A stretch of 64,000 bases of DNA from a candidate division WWE3 bacterium RIFOXYC1_FULL_40_10 (GCA_001773215.1 MEWB01000001.1:806099-870098), one strand, 5' to 3'. Positions 38,867-47,359 are shown, counted from the stretch's first letter. Translations and numbers: made by a program. The notes: generated from the sequence alone by a model not told the origin.

Positions 38867-39661
38867 ATGAAAAAATACTGGGTTTTGTTTAAATCCTATC
38901 TATCTGCAAGCTTAGAATATCGTGGGGCCCTTTTTACTTGGCTGCTCGTAGAACTAGTTTCTTTATCCTCTGCCACTTTTTTATGGTTGGCCGTTTTTCG
39001 AACCAATCAAACTGTTGGAGATTACGACTTTGGGCGAATTGTATCTTACTATCTTTTAGTACCGGTAATTGGGGGATTTACCTCTATTTTTGTTAGTGAG
39101 CATTTGCCCCGAAAAATAAAAGACGGTGCCATCTCAATCGACTTGCTAAAACCTTATAGCATTTCGGCAATAAATTTGCTTAACCAGTTTGGTATTAAGC
39201 TTACGCAGTTAACAATAAAACTACCCGCTTATTTGTTTGCAGGTATATTTTTCACCCATTTTTTTAATATTCATCTCCAACTAATTTACCTGCCCTTAGC
39301 ATTATTTATTTGTATATTTTCCTATCTTTTGCACTTTTATTTGGATTTAGCTTTAAGTTATTTGGCTTTTTGGGTTGATGATACATGGTCATTTGGGCTA
39401 ATAAAAACGGTAGCCTTGATGGTTTTCGGAGGTTTGTCCTTTCCTTTAGACCTGGTTCCCCAAAATTTCCGTTTATTGTTTGATTTGTTGCCCTTTAAAT
39501 ACATATATTTCTATCCTGTAAAAGTGGCCCAAGGCGGTATGCCTGCGAACCAGCTTGTTAGCCAGCTCGTAGTTTTGTTAACGTGGTTAGTGTTTTTCTT
39601 TATCCTTGGAAAATTGCTTTGGTTCAAAGGAATTAGAAAGTACGGTGCGTATGGCAACTAA
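38867..39661 (+). CDS. ABC-2 family transporter permease (DUF990-like)
   Basis: EYR motif, IKDGAISIDLLKPY, GLSFPLDLVP; about 6 TM helices. Confidence 0.88.
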   Translation: MKKYWVLFKSYLSASLEYRGALFTWLLVELVSLSSATFLWLAVFRTNQTVGDYDFGRIVSYYLLVPVIGGFTSIFVSEHLPRKIKDGAISIDLLKPYSISAINLLNQFGIKLTQLTIKLPAYLFAGIFFTHFFNIHLQLIYLPLALFICIFSYLLHFYLDLALSYLAFWVDDTWSFGLIKTVALMVFGGLSFPLDLVPQNFRLLFDLLPFKYIYFYPVKVAQGGMPANQLVSQLVVLLTWLVFFFILGKLLWFKGIRKYGAYGN

Positions 39662-40454
39662 ATTAAGAAAATATCTAAAGTTATACCTAAAGCTAGCCAA
39701 GTTTTCAGCATCTCTCGAAATGGAGTATCGATTTTCATTTATCCTGGAAGTTTTTGTTGAGGTGGCTTTCTTTTTTGTAACGTTATTTGGTATGCGAGTG
39801 GTTTATTGGAACGTTTCGGAAATTGCGGGATGGCATTTTAATGAGCTTTTGGTGTTGCTTGGAGTGAATATGGTTTTTACCGAGTTAGTTTTAGGCTTTG
39901 TCTTTATTTATAATTTGAGGGAACTGCCTTTCAAAATTGCAAAAGGGGATTTGGACATGATTTTACTAAAGCCCATCAATTCTCAGTTTTCAGTGTCTTT
40001 GTGGAGACCTTATTTCGCGTTGTTCCCTAGTGCGCTGGCCGGAATAGTTGTGGCTGTTGTAGGTTTTACAAGAGGTGGTTTTGCTTTCAATCCTATTATG
40101 TTTTTGCCTTTTTTACTTATTTTTAGCTGTGGCTTAGTTATTGCCTATTCCATAGGGATGCTAATTTCAACGCTTTCGATGTGGTTTATTAACGCCACGC
40201 CTTTACCCATGTTGGCACAGCAACTTTTGTTTGTAGCAAGAAATCCGTACAGTGTGTTTTCAGGTGCTTGGAGAATTATATTTTTAACTTTTTTACCGAT
40301 AGCTTTTATGGCTAGTTTTCCCGCTTCTACATTGCTTGGGAAGTTGGAGCTTTGGTGGTTACCGGCGAGTGTGGCATTAGCCGTAGTTTTTTTATGGGGC
40401 TCTAATGTGTTTTGGAAATTTGCATTGAAAAAATACTCGGGTGCTAGTTCGTAA
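39651..40454 (+). CDS. ABC-2 family transporter permease (DUF990-like)
   Basis: MEYRFSF, KGDLDMILLKPINSQF, LKKYSGASS C-terminus; start placed at ATG 39651. Confidence 0.88.
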   Translation: MATKLRKYLKLYLKLAKFSASLEMEYRFSFILEVFVEVAFFFVTLFGMRVVYWNVSEIAGWHFNELLVLLGVNMVFTELVLGFVFIYNLRELPFKIAKGDLDMILLKPINSQFSVSLWRPYFALFPSALAGIVVAVVGFTRGGFAFNPIMFLPFLLIFSCGLVIAYSIGMLISTLSMWFINATPLPMLAQQLLFVARNPYSVFSGAWRIIFLTFLPIAFMASFPASTLLGKLELWWLPASVALAVVFLWGSNVFWKFALKKYSGASS

Positions 40455-40457
40455 TAT

Positions 40458-40848
40458 TGGTGGAGATGGCGGGAATCGAACCCGCGTCTTGGTACCGTTC
40501 TCAGTATAAACACTACAAGCTTAGCCAAAAATTATCTTAATACAGGCAAGGTTTTTGGCGACCTAATCCTGTAAGCAGGCAAAATTTGTGTGGTTATTCC
40601 ACTTAAAAACAAAAGCTATGCCACAACTTATGTTTCGCACCCCGGTTTTATAAGACCTAGCAACCCCTCCGGGTAGAAGCGGTTAGATCTTGCACCCTAA
40701 TATTAGGCTGCAACACTTGCGAAGGCTGGAACGCCTACGAAAGCATCTGCCATTTGATCGGCATTTATAGTTTTGTACCTTTTATAGAAGTGGTACGCTT
40801 CTGCTTGCATTCATAAGGAAAAGTATCAATCAAAGCCTGTACATCCCC
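40458..40848 (-). ncRNA. ssrA: tmRNA; predicted tag ADQMADAFVGVPAFASVAA (40762-40703)
   Basis: 5' GGGGATG pairs with CATCTCC-ACCA (G3-U); T-arm GCGGGTTCGATTCCCGC; ATAAAT-GCC resume context; tag ends in AA then TAA. Confidence 0.93.
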
Positions 40849-40938
40849 AGAGCTGTTTCCTACAATTTGTATTATAACATGGAAAGTGACTTGCACCTTA
40901 TAGTGTGATAAAATTCATGCAAATCCAAGGAGGATGAG

Positions 40939-41241
40939 ATGAAAAGTAAAATCAAATTGTCTGCTATCTTGATTTTGTCTGCGCTTATCGGAGCAACTAT
41001 CCCAATGTTTACGCTTTGGGGAGACTTTGGGAATGCAACTAACCTCAATATATTTGCAGGTGGCTTTGTTTCGCTATTGTTTTCAGTGCTTCTATATTGG
41101 GGTTACAGCCGAACTTGGGTTACCCGCCCGTCGTTTGACACACTTATGAACACTCCCGCAGGAAATTGGGTTGTTGGCGCTAACGTGATCTTTTATATGA
41201 TAGGGACGATCATCTGCTTCGTGGCGATTCTATTAGCCTGA
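40939..41241 (+). CDS. Small 3-TM orphan membrane protein
   Basis: AAGGAGG SD; terminator at 41249-41278. Confidence 0.75.
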   Translation: MKSKIKLSAILILSALIGATIPMFTLWGDFGNATNLNIFAGGFVSLLFSVLLYWGYSRTWVTRPSFDTLMNTPAGNWVVGANVIFYMIGTIICFVAILLA

Positions 41242-41417
41242 TGTTCCTTGGCCTGCAAATTTTCTTGCAGGCCTTTTAGTTTCCATTTTTATTAGAATTT
41301 CCCTACTTGATGAAGTATCCAGCGTTAGTATACTAGAGGATGTTAGCGATCTATTACTATAAGGCTTGGTCTTGATTTGTATGATAACTATGCGGTGCGT
41401 GGGTTTGTGGATAACAT

Positions 41418-42065
41418 ATGGAAAACTTATTAAATCTCATATTTCCCCCAAAATGTTTATTTTGCTCCTCTACCGGTGCTATATTTTGCGAAGTTTGTTT
41501 AGGAAAATGTGTGGTATTAAATCAGATAGAAACTCTTAAGAACCAGGGATTTAATTTTGAACTTAAGTTGCTCTCGATATTTTCTTATGAAGGCTTGGTT
41601 AGATTGTGCATCAAAAAATCTAAATATCAGGCCAAGCAGTTTGCAGCTCTCAAAGTGTTGGCTTCTAGGGGTGTTACCTACTTAAAGCCATATTCCAGTT
41701 TCTTTGGAAATTTCTATGTTATGGCTGTTCCGCCATCGGAAAACAATTTAAGTAAAAGGGGGTTTAATCAGGCCGATGTAATTGTTCATGTTCTAGCAAA
41801 AAACTTGCCTATAAGAACTTTCAGTAAAAACCCATTACATAGGTTAAAAGCTACAGTTTCTCAACACTCAAAATCCAGAGTAGAGAGATTCAACACACTT
41901 AAAGATGCTTTTTGGGCGGATGCCTCACTTGTTGCGGGGAAAAACATATTGTTGGTTGATGATATTTGCACATCAGGTGCAACTTTTTTTGAATGTGCTA
42001 AGGCATTGAAGCGTGCGGGAGTGAAATCTATTGGCTGTTTTGCTTTATCTAGGAGGCTTTTATAG
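41418..42065 (+). CDS. comF: ComF family competence protein / phosphoribosyltransferase
   Basis: FPPKCLFC..CEVC, RGFNQA, ILLVDDICTSGAT. Confidence 0.92.
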   Translation: MENLLNLIFPPKCLFCSSTGAIFCEVCLGKCVVLNQIETLKNQGFNFELKLLSIFSYEGLVRLCIKKSKYQAKQFAALKVLASRGVTYLKPYSSFFGNFYVMAVPPSENNLSKRGFNQADVIVHVLAKNLPIRTFSKNPLHRLKATVSQHSKSRVERFNTLKDAFWADASLVAGKNILLVDDICTSGATFFECAKALKRAGVKSIGCFALSRRLL

Positions 42066-42080
42066 TATAATGGCGAATGT

Positions 42081-42170
42081 GGAGGGATGGCAGAGTGGCC
42101 AAATGCGACGGTTTGCTAAACCGTGCCCGGTTTACTGGGCCCGTGGGTTCGAATCCCACTCCCTCCGCCA
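42081..42170 (+). tRNA. tRNA-Ser(GCT)
   Basis: GGAGGGA/TCCCTCC acceptor stem, ACGGT-TTGCTAA-ACCGT anticodon arm, long variable arm, encoded CCA. Confidence 0.96.
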
Positions 42171-42317
42171 GTAATTTGCGATAGGCCTTTAGCGTCTTGG
42201 GCAAATTGCTTGATGAAGCAAGTGGATTCGAATGCCGCAGCCGCGACGGCGGCGAGGCGGGGTCGACGGGATCGCCAGTAGGCGAGAACCGGTGACCGAA
42301 TCCCACTCCCTCCGCCA
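42171..42317 (+). mobile_element. Structured GC-rich element ending in a 21-bp copy of the tRNA-Ser 3' end
   Basis: CGAATCCCACTCCCTCCGCCA occurs at 42150-42170 and again at 42297-42317; several hairpins lie between. Confidence 0.6.
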
Positions 42318-42325
42318 CATGTGCC

Positions 42326-42362
42326 CTATAGTATTGACTTTTTCTAGGTTTTACCCTATAAT
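42326..42362 (+). promoter_or_regulatory. sigma70 promoter with adjacent CTATAG
   Basis: CTATAG-ta-TTGACT-17-TATAAT. Confidence 0.75.
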
Positions 42363-42441
42363 TACGGTATAAATGTTTTCCAACTAACCTTGCTTCTCTT
42401 GCCACTAGAGAAACATTGTATTGCCCAGATAGGAGGAATAA

Positions 42442-42798
42442 ATGGCGAAAATTAGTATTACTGCCACGTATGGTCACGCGCGAAATGGCGAGAACACTGT
42501 GCAAATGGCTGATGTTTCACTGCCGTTTGTAACTTGTGATGAGGCATTCTCGCATCCGTCTCTCGAGAATAAGTACAAGGGCGAACTTGTACAAATAGAT
42601 ACCCCAGCGGGTTTAATTTATGTGGATGGTTCAGGAGAGGTGGTTTTACCAAGGGCAATGGAAGTTACTTTGTGGGATCCCAAGCTACAAGTGGGCTTGG
42701 CCACTTTTGTAACTACTTATTTTAAGATCCACCGGTTGCTTATGCTTACGATTAAAATAGATGGGGACAATCAAGCACTGGTATTTAGAATTAAGTAG
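42442..42798 (+). CDS. Orphan hypothetical protein
   Basis: AGGAGG SD; own promoter. Confidence 0.7.
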   Translation: MAKISITATYGHARNGENTVQMADVSLPFVTCDEAFSHPSLENKYKGELVQIDTPAGLIYVDGSGEVVLPRAMEVTLWDPKLQVGLATFVTTYFKIHRLLMLTIKIDGDNQALVFRIK

Positions 42799-43146
42799 GT
42801 AGGACACTACCTCAGAGAAAAAGAAAAATTCTTAAATACAGGGTTTACCAGTGAAGTTTATTGGCGAGTTACCAAGATTCTATGAATCAATAACTCAAAC
42901 GACCCAACATTAGATATACTCTAAAAAGGAGAATCAAATGTTGGGGCCTAAACAGAGTCTTTCATTTATGGAAGATTGCGATTAGGTTATAACTACTAAA
43001 TTTTTTTACTGACCAATAGATATTTTCCAATATCACCCCACATTCTCCGCCATTCATCAAAATCAGTACTTCTTGAAGTATTCGTAAGTTCTAACATTTT
43101 ACTAGTTCATATTATTTTGGAACTATGTAAATGCTATACTAATCTT

Positions 43147-43284
43147 ATGTTAGGTAGTTTAGGATTAATTCCTTTTATAAAACGGGATAAACCAGGGGGA
43201 AACACTCCTTTGCACAAATTTTTGGCTGTAGCTTTGGTTGTTGGTGCTGGTTTGTTAGTGATTTACTTCATATCAAAGATATAG
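43147..43284 (+). CDS. 45-aa single-TM small protein (not in the ORF track)
   Basis: TGcTATACT-N6-ATG; MLGSLGLIPFIKRDKPGGNTPLHKFLAVALVVGAGLLVIYFISKI. Confidence 0.5.
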   Translation: MLGSLGLIPFIKRDKPGGNTPLHKFLAVALVVGAGLLVIYFISKI

Positions 43285-43293
43285 GTCTTGGAG

Positions 43294-43332
43294 AAAAAAG
43301 TTCCAAGTGCGTCCCACTCCCTCCGCCATGTA
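43294..43332 (+). repeat. att-like repeat containing a 17-bp tRNA-Ser 3' end copy
   Basis: TCCCACTCCCTCCGCCA at 43312-43328. Confidence 0.85.
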
Positions 43333-43448
43333 TCAATATCATTGCTACGGCAATCTTTCTTTAGTTCCAATATCACGGGTTTTTTTCGTAATTCCCTTCT
43401 TGTGAAAAATATATTAATATGTTTTTACATACACCCAAAGGAGAAAAT

Positions 43449-43661
43449 ATGGTTACTTTTAATCCCTACGATTTGAGCCACATTGCTTGTTTAACCGAAT
43501 GGTTTAATGATAGGAGAAGCTCTGGGCATCGTCCGTTTCCATTCTTAAGCCTTGCTACAGTTAATTCTACCACCAAGCCCACAATAGCTAGGGGTTTGTT
43601 GAAGGCAGATACTCCCTCAGAAGGCGATGTTAAGAAGAGTGAAGGCGAGGGTTTAGGTTAA
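43449..43661 (+). CDS. Small orphan protein
   Basis: AAGGAG SD before ATG 43449; hairpin at about 43672-43712. Confidence 0.55.
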   Translation: MVTFNPYDLSHIACLTEWFNDRRSSGHRPFPFLSLATVNSTTKPTIARGLLKADTPSEGDVKKSEGEGLG

Positions 43662-43727
43662 TGACTTACATGCCCCTTTATTTGCTAAAATATTAGCTTA
43701 TTAAAGGGGTTTTGTATTGTTTTGATT

Positions 43728-43766
43728 AAAATAGTTCCCAGTGCGTTCCATGCTCTTCACCATGTA
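43728..43766 (+). repeat. Degenerate att-like repeat
   Basis: 31/39 ungapped identity to 43294-43332 (counted by hand). Confidence 0.7.
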
Positions 43767-43881
43767 AAAGTACAGGGTCCTTTAGCGGCAACCGGAGGAA
43801 GGCTAAGTTGACAATATGCAAAACCTATAGTATAATTAACTAGCATTCCTTCGAACACCTATAAAAATACGGAGAGATTGT

Positions 43882-44133
43882 ATGAATGAGAATAAGAGAG
43901 CAATTTCGGATTTTTGCACGGCGGTTGTGCTCACAATCGCAGTGGTGCTTCTGTTCCTGGGAAAGTTTATTCCCACCCCGGCGGAAGTTGTACTACGCAT
44001 CGTTGAAGTAATATGCGCCGGTATTGGCTCAATTCTTCTTTTTCAGCTGAAGAAAAACAGCCAGGCCATGTTCTTAGCTATGGTAGTAGCCATATCGTTC
44101 ACTACCATGTTGCTGACGCTTACTATCCAGTAG
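43882..44133 (+). CDS. Small 3-TM membrane protein
   Basis: Consensus TTGACA-17-TATAAT promoter (43808-43836), GGAG SD, terminator at 44154-44188. Confidence 0.75.
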   Translation: MNENKRAISDFCTAVVLTIAVVLLFLGKFIPTPAEVVLRIVEVICAGIGSILLFQLKKNSQAMFLAMVVAISFTTMLLTLTIQ

Positions 44134-44251
44134 ACAGCCTTTGTTTCAGAAGTAGCCCCCAAGTGGTTTTGCCATCTGGGGGTTTTTTGCTTTTAATGCT
44201 ATTATCCACTAATAAATCAATTGTGAATAAACCAGAGAGAGAGGAGAAACC

Positions 44252-44866
44252 ATGGCAAGAATTGTTAATCCTACACCCGGAGATCCTTTTGGAGAAGGAC
44301 ACCTATGCGATTATTTGCGAGAATCTATTTGGCTGAATACAAATTCAGGCATACATTATCTGTTACCAAAACCTTACGAGTACGCAGATTTTGAAATACT
44401 AAGCTTGGACCCGGCAAAACTGGTTCCCTTGGCGAAATACGTATTAAGAGGAAATCTGGCTATCTTAGAGTCCCTAGAAAAAGAATTGTTGCCTGAGGGC
44501 TTCGACATTTTTAACCTGCGGGGTATGGTGCAAATAGATGAAAACAACCTAATTTGCCCGCCCATTATAGAGGTTTGGCACCAAGATCCTCACAAGTACG
44601 ATGGTCGCAAGGTAATAGTTGACGGTTTACACCGCTGTTATATTGCACACAAAAGGGGAATTGCAATAACATGCGTTTTGATTTCGGGGAAAATATCCAG
44701 CGATTTACCGGTGTTGCCCTTAACGTGGAATGATGTTTTGGAACAAGACTCTGTTCCCAAAGACAAGCGTAACTACCATCCCGGGATACCACCACCATGG
44801 AAACCTCATGAGGTTTATAGACAGACGTTTCCGGGGTCTACAGGACCAAGAATGCCAAAAATCTAG
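44252..44866 (+). CDS. ParB/Sulfiredoxin-like domain protein
   Basis: PPIIEV...VIVDGLHRCYIA motif; AGGAG SD. Confidence 0.7.
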   Translation: MARIVNPTPGDPFGEGHLCDYLRESIWLNTNSGIHYLLPKPYEYADFEILSLDPAKLVPLAKYVLRGNLAILESLEKELLPEGFDIFNLRGMVQIDENNLICPPIIEVWHQDPHKYDGRKVIVDGLHRCYIAHKRGIAITCVLISGKISSDLPVLPLTWNDVLEQDSVPKDKRNYHPGIPPPWKPHEVYRQTFPGSTGPRMPKI

Positions 44867-45018
44867 TTTTGGAAAAATTACCCAGTAGTTAGCTAGAGAT
44901 CTAATTGCTGGGTTTTTCGTTATTAGAGTGAACTTACTAGGATATCCAAGATCTTTGACTTATGTGATAAAATCAGGCATATCAGAAAGACATACCAATA
45001 CAAATAGGAGAGTGTCTT

Positions 45019-45351
45019 ATGTACTTCGGAAAAGATTTTTGGATGATACCCTACTATGACAAAACCGGGGTGGACGTTCGTGGCAAGCTGAAGGAAATGG
45101 GGTTCAAAATCGGGCGACTGTATAACGATATCCTTTGTATGGTAAACCCACCGGCTGGGTGGAAGGCAGAACAAGCGGACAGAGAAAAGCCGGTAATAGT
45201 GCCCCAAGCGTATCCTTCAACCAGTGTGGAGTGGACTGACGGGTACATTCTTTTCGATCAGGAGGGCAATCCTCGAATTCAGGCGACTCACTATCATAGT
45301 GATGAGGAAGATTTGGAGGACGAGGACACCGGCTGGTTAGTGTTTGTTTAA
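45019..45351 (+). CDS. Orphan hypothetical protein
   Basis: AGGAG SD; terminator at 45357-45392. Confidence 0.7.
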   Translation: MYFGKDFWMIPYYDKTGVDVRGKLKEMGFKIGRLYNDILCMVNPPAGWKAEQADREKPVIVPQAYPSTSVEWTDGYILFDQEGNPRIQATHYHSDEEDLEDEDTGWLVFV

Positions 45352-45418
45352 AGTAAGGGAGGATGTTGAGATAACTTCAAAGCATCCTTTTTCATTTCTT
45401 TAGTGATACTATTAGTTT

Positions 45419-46264
45419 ATGGTTGCTCTCGATGGTGAAAAACAATTACAGGAATACCTTAGTGGAGAGGATGTAATGGCACTCTTGGAGGTGGCAAGCA
45501 AATCTTTGGCAGACAAATCGCCGGAAGATAGATCTGCGGAAGTTCAACACAACTGTCGTTACACACTTCCCGGTTTAGAGTACTTTGGTGCTGACCATGC
45601 TTATAATAGCGACCACCCGCAATTTGCTTTAATGAAGAAAAGTTTTCAAGAATTCGTCGATAAATATCCTAATCCCGTCGTTTTAGTGGAGTCATCCTTG
45701 CCCAGGCAATCACCTGATAGTGAATCAGCTATAGCAAGAGACGGAGAACGAGGGTTTGTAGCATTCCTCGCAAGAGAAAGAGGAATTGCCGTCGAATGCC
45801 TGGAGCCTAGCCGTAAAGACGAAATTGAATATCTCCAGAAATATTTTAGCGAAGAACAAATTGAATGCTACTACTTCTTGCGGGCTATAAGGGGTTACCA
45901 GCTACCTCGGGCCGAAGGATCCTCGAAGGTAGAATTTGACGTATTAGCAAGAAGTATCCTGGCTCACCACGAGACTATGTATGGGAAGTTGGCAGGGTGG
46001 GAACATTTTGGGTTTAACTTGGAACATCTTAGGCGTATATATAACGAACTAACAGGAGAACCCTTGGATTTTTATAAAGGTGTTGATGTTGACCCTAGAG
46101 GAGATGCAAGCGTTATTAACCAAGTAGCCAATAAATGCTCACTCTACCGAGATTTTTGCCACTTAAGAACCATTAAGGAGCAACTTGAGGCGGGAAACCA
46201 GGTTTTTGTAGTAAATGGCAAAGAGCATGCTGTAATCCAAAAGGCGGTATTAGAAAGACTCTAA
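45419..46264 (+). CDS. TraB/GumN (EreA/ChaN-like) superfamily protein
   Basis: YFGADH, VLVE, GE, RD and C-terminal VFVVNGKEH motifs. Confidence 0.55.
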   Translation: MVALDGEKQLQEYLSGEDVMALLEVASKSLADKSPEDRSAEVQHNCRYTLPGLEYFGADHAYNSDHPQFALMKKSFQEFVDKYPNPVVLVESSLPRQSPDSESAIARDGERGFVAFLARERGIAVECLEPSRKDEIEYLQKYFSEEQIECYYFLRAIRGYQLPRAEGSSKVEFDVLARSILAHHETMYGKLAGWEHFGFNLEHLRRIYNELTGEPLDFYKGVDVDPRGDASVINQVANKCSLYRDFCHLRTIKEQLEAGNQVFVVNGKEHAVIQKAVLERL

Positions 46265-46296
46265 GTTTTTTTCGCTCCAAATGGTACTATATACTC

Positions 46297-46875
46297 ATGA
46301 GGTTAAGTAATATAACTGATTTTTTTAGTATCACTCAGAAAGATTCGAGAAAGCAGGCAGAAAAGGAACAGGTTTTAGAGAAAAAAACTTTAGGCCCAAA
46401 AGAAATTTTCATGGAGTGGACTGCAGCTTCCCGGCCACACAAAGATTTTATAAATATAAAGCTGTCCAGATCCCTCACCATCATCGCGCTTTTTGTAGGT
46501 TTCTTGCTTGTATTAATGAAAGAATTCGTTCTTATTTTTTTTGTGGCAAGCATTTACTTTATTCTGTATGTATTATCAAAATTCAGCCCCGAACAAGTTC
46601 ATTACGAAATAAGTAATCACGGAGTTTCTTATGGGGATGATATGTATTATTGGGAAGAGTTAAAGCAATTCTTCTTTATGAGCAACTCAGGATTCGATAT
46701 TTTGGCTATTGATACCTTTGTAGGTCTTCCAGGCAGACTTTTCCTTACAATTGATGCTCGCCAAAAAGAAGCTTTACACAAGTTCTTAGTGGAGAAAATA
46801 CATTATATCGAGGTTGAGCCCAAAAACGTTTTTGATAACCTTTATTCAAAAATATCCTCTAAAATAAAATTCTAA
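46297..46875 (+). CDS. Two-TM protein with YcxB/bPH-like C-terminal domain
   Basis: EW..P..., two TM helices, YEISNHGV...YYWEELKQFF; a pattern common in CPR. Confidence 0.7.
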   Translation: MRLSNITDFFSITQKDSRKQAEKEQVLEKKTLGPKEIFMEWTAASRPHKDFINIKLSRSLTIIALFVGFLLVLMKEFVLIFFVASIYFILYVLSKFSPEQVHYEISNHGVSYGDDMYYWEELKQFFFMSNSGFDILAIDTFVGLPGRLFLTIDARQKEALHKFLVEKIHYIEVEPKNVFDNLYSKISSKIKF

Positions 46876-46936
46876 AAAAACCGCGACAGCTTTGTTAATT
46901 GCAATCGCGGGGTCTCTGCTATAATGGGCTAGTTGT

Positions 46937-47012
46937 GCACCCGTAGTTCAGAGGATAGAACGCAAGGTTGCGGACCTTGAAGTCGGGGGTTCGAATCCCT
47001 CCGGGTGCACCA
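46937..47012 (+). tRNA. tRNA-Arg(GCG)
   Basis: GCACCCG/CGGGTGC acceptor stem, CAAGG-TTGCGGA-CCTTG, GGTTCGAATCC, CCA. Confidence 0.93.
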
Positions 47013-47026
47013 GAAAAGTGGTGTTG

Positions 47027-47359
47027 CTAATCCCAAATTACGAATCTCTTTTCGTGGGGGTCTTCAGTTAGAGGTCTTAACCTTCCACTTATGATCGCTT
47101 TGTTACTATCTATAATGGAGGCGAAAAACCCGGACCAAAGAGACAGATGTTGGTTTATTTCCAGGCAATCCCAAGTATCTGGAATTACCATATAATAACC
47201 ACCCTGCTCTATCACTACTTGAGTCAACTTTTCTCCCACTTCCCCGGGTTTATTTAAAAGGTTTTCAAAATAAAATCTGTCGGTTTCGTTTGGAAAAACC
47301 TGAACCTTTTTCACACCAGCAAGTATTTTACCTAGAGACTGAATGTGCAACCGTAACAT
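47027..47359 (-). CDS. Orphan hypothetical protein
   Basis: AAGGAG SD; lies between two tRNAs. Confidence 0.7.
   Translation of the reverse strand: MLRLHIQSLGKILAGVKKVQVFPNETDRFYFENLLNKPGEVGEKLTQVVIEQGGYYMVIPDTWDCLEINQHLSLWSGFFASIIDSNKAIISGRLRPLTEDPHEKRFVIWD

Noticed and set aside
40145-40528. 127-aa minus-strand ORF
   Set aside because: Overlaps the tmRNA 3' end and is antisense to a permease.
42049-42504. 151-aa minus-strand ORF
   Set aside because: Antisense to tRNA-Ser and the structured element; spurious.
43768-43807. SRP RNA-like CCGGAGGAAG
   Set aside because: Only a partial motif; the helix-8 pairing cannot be built.
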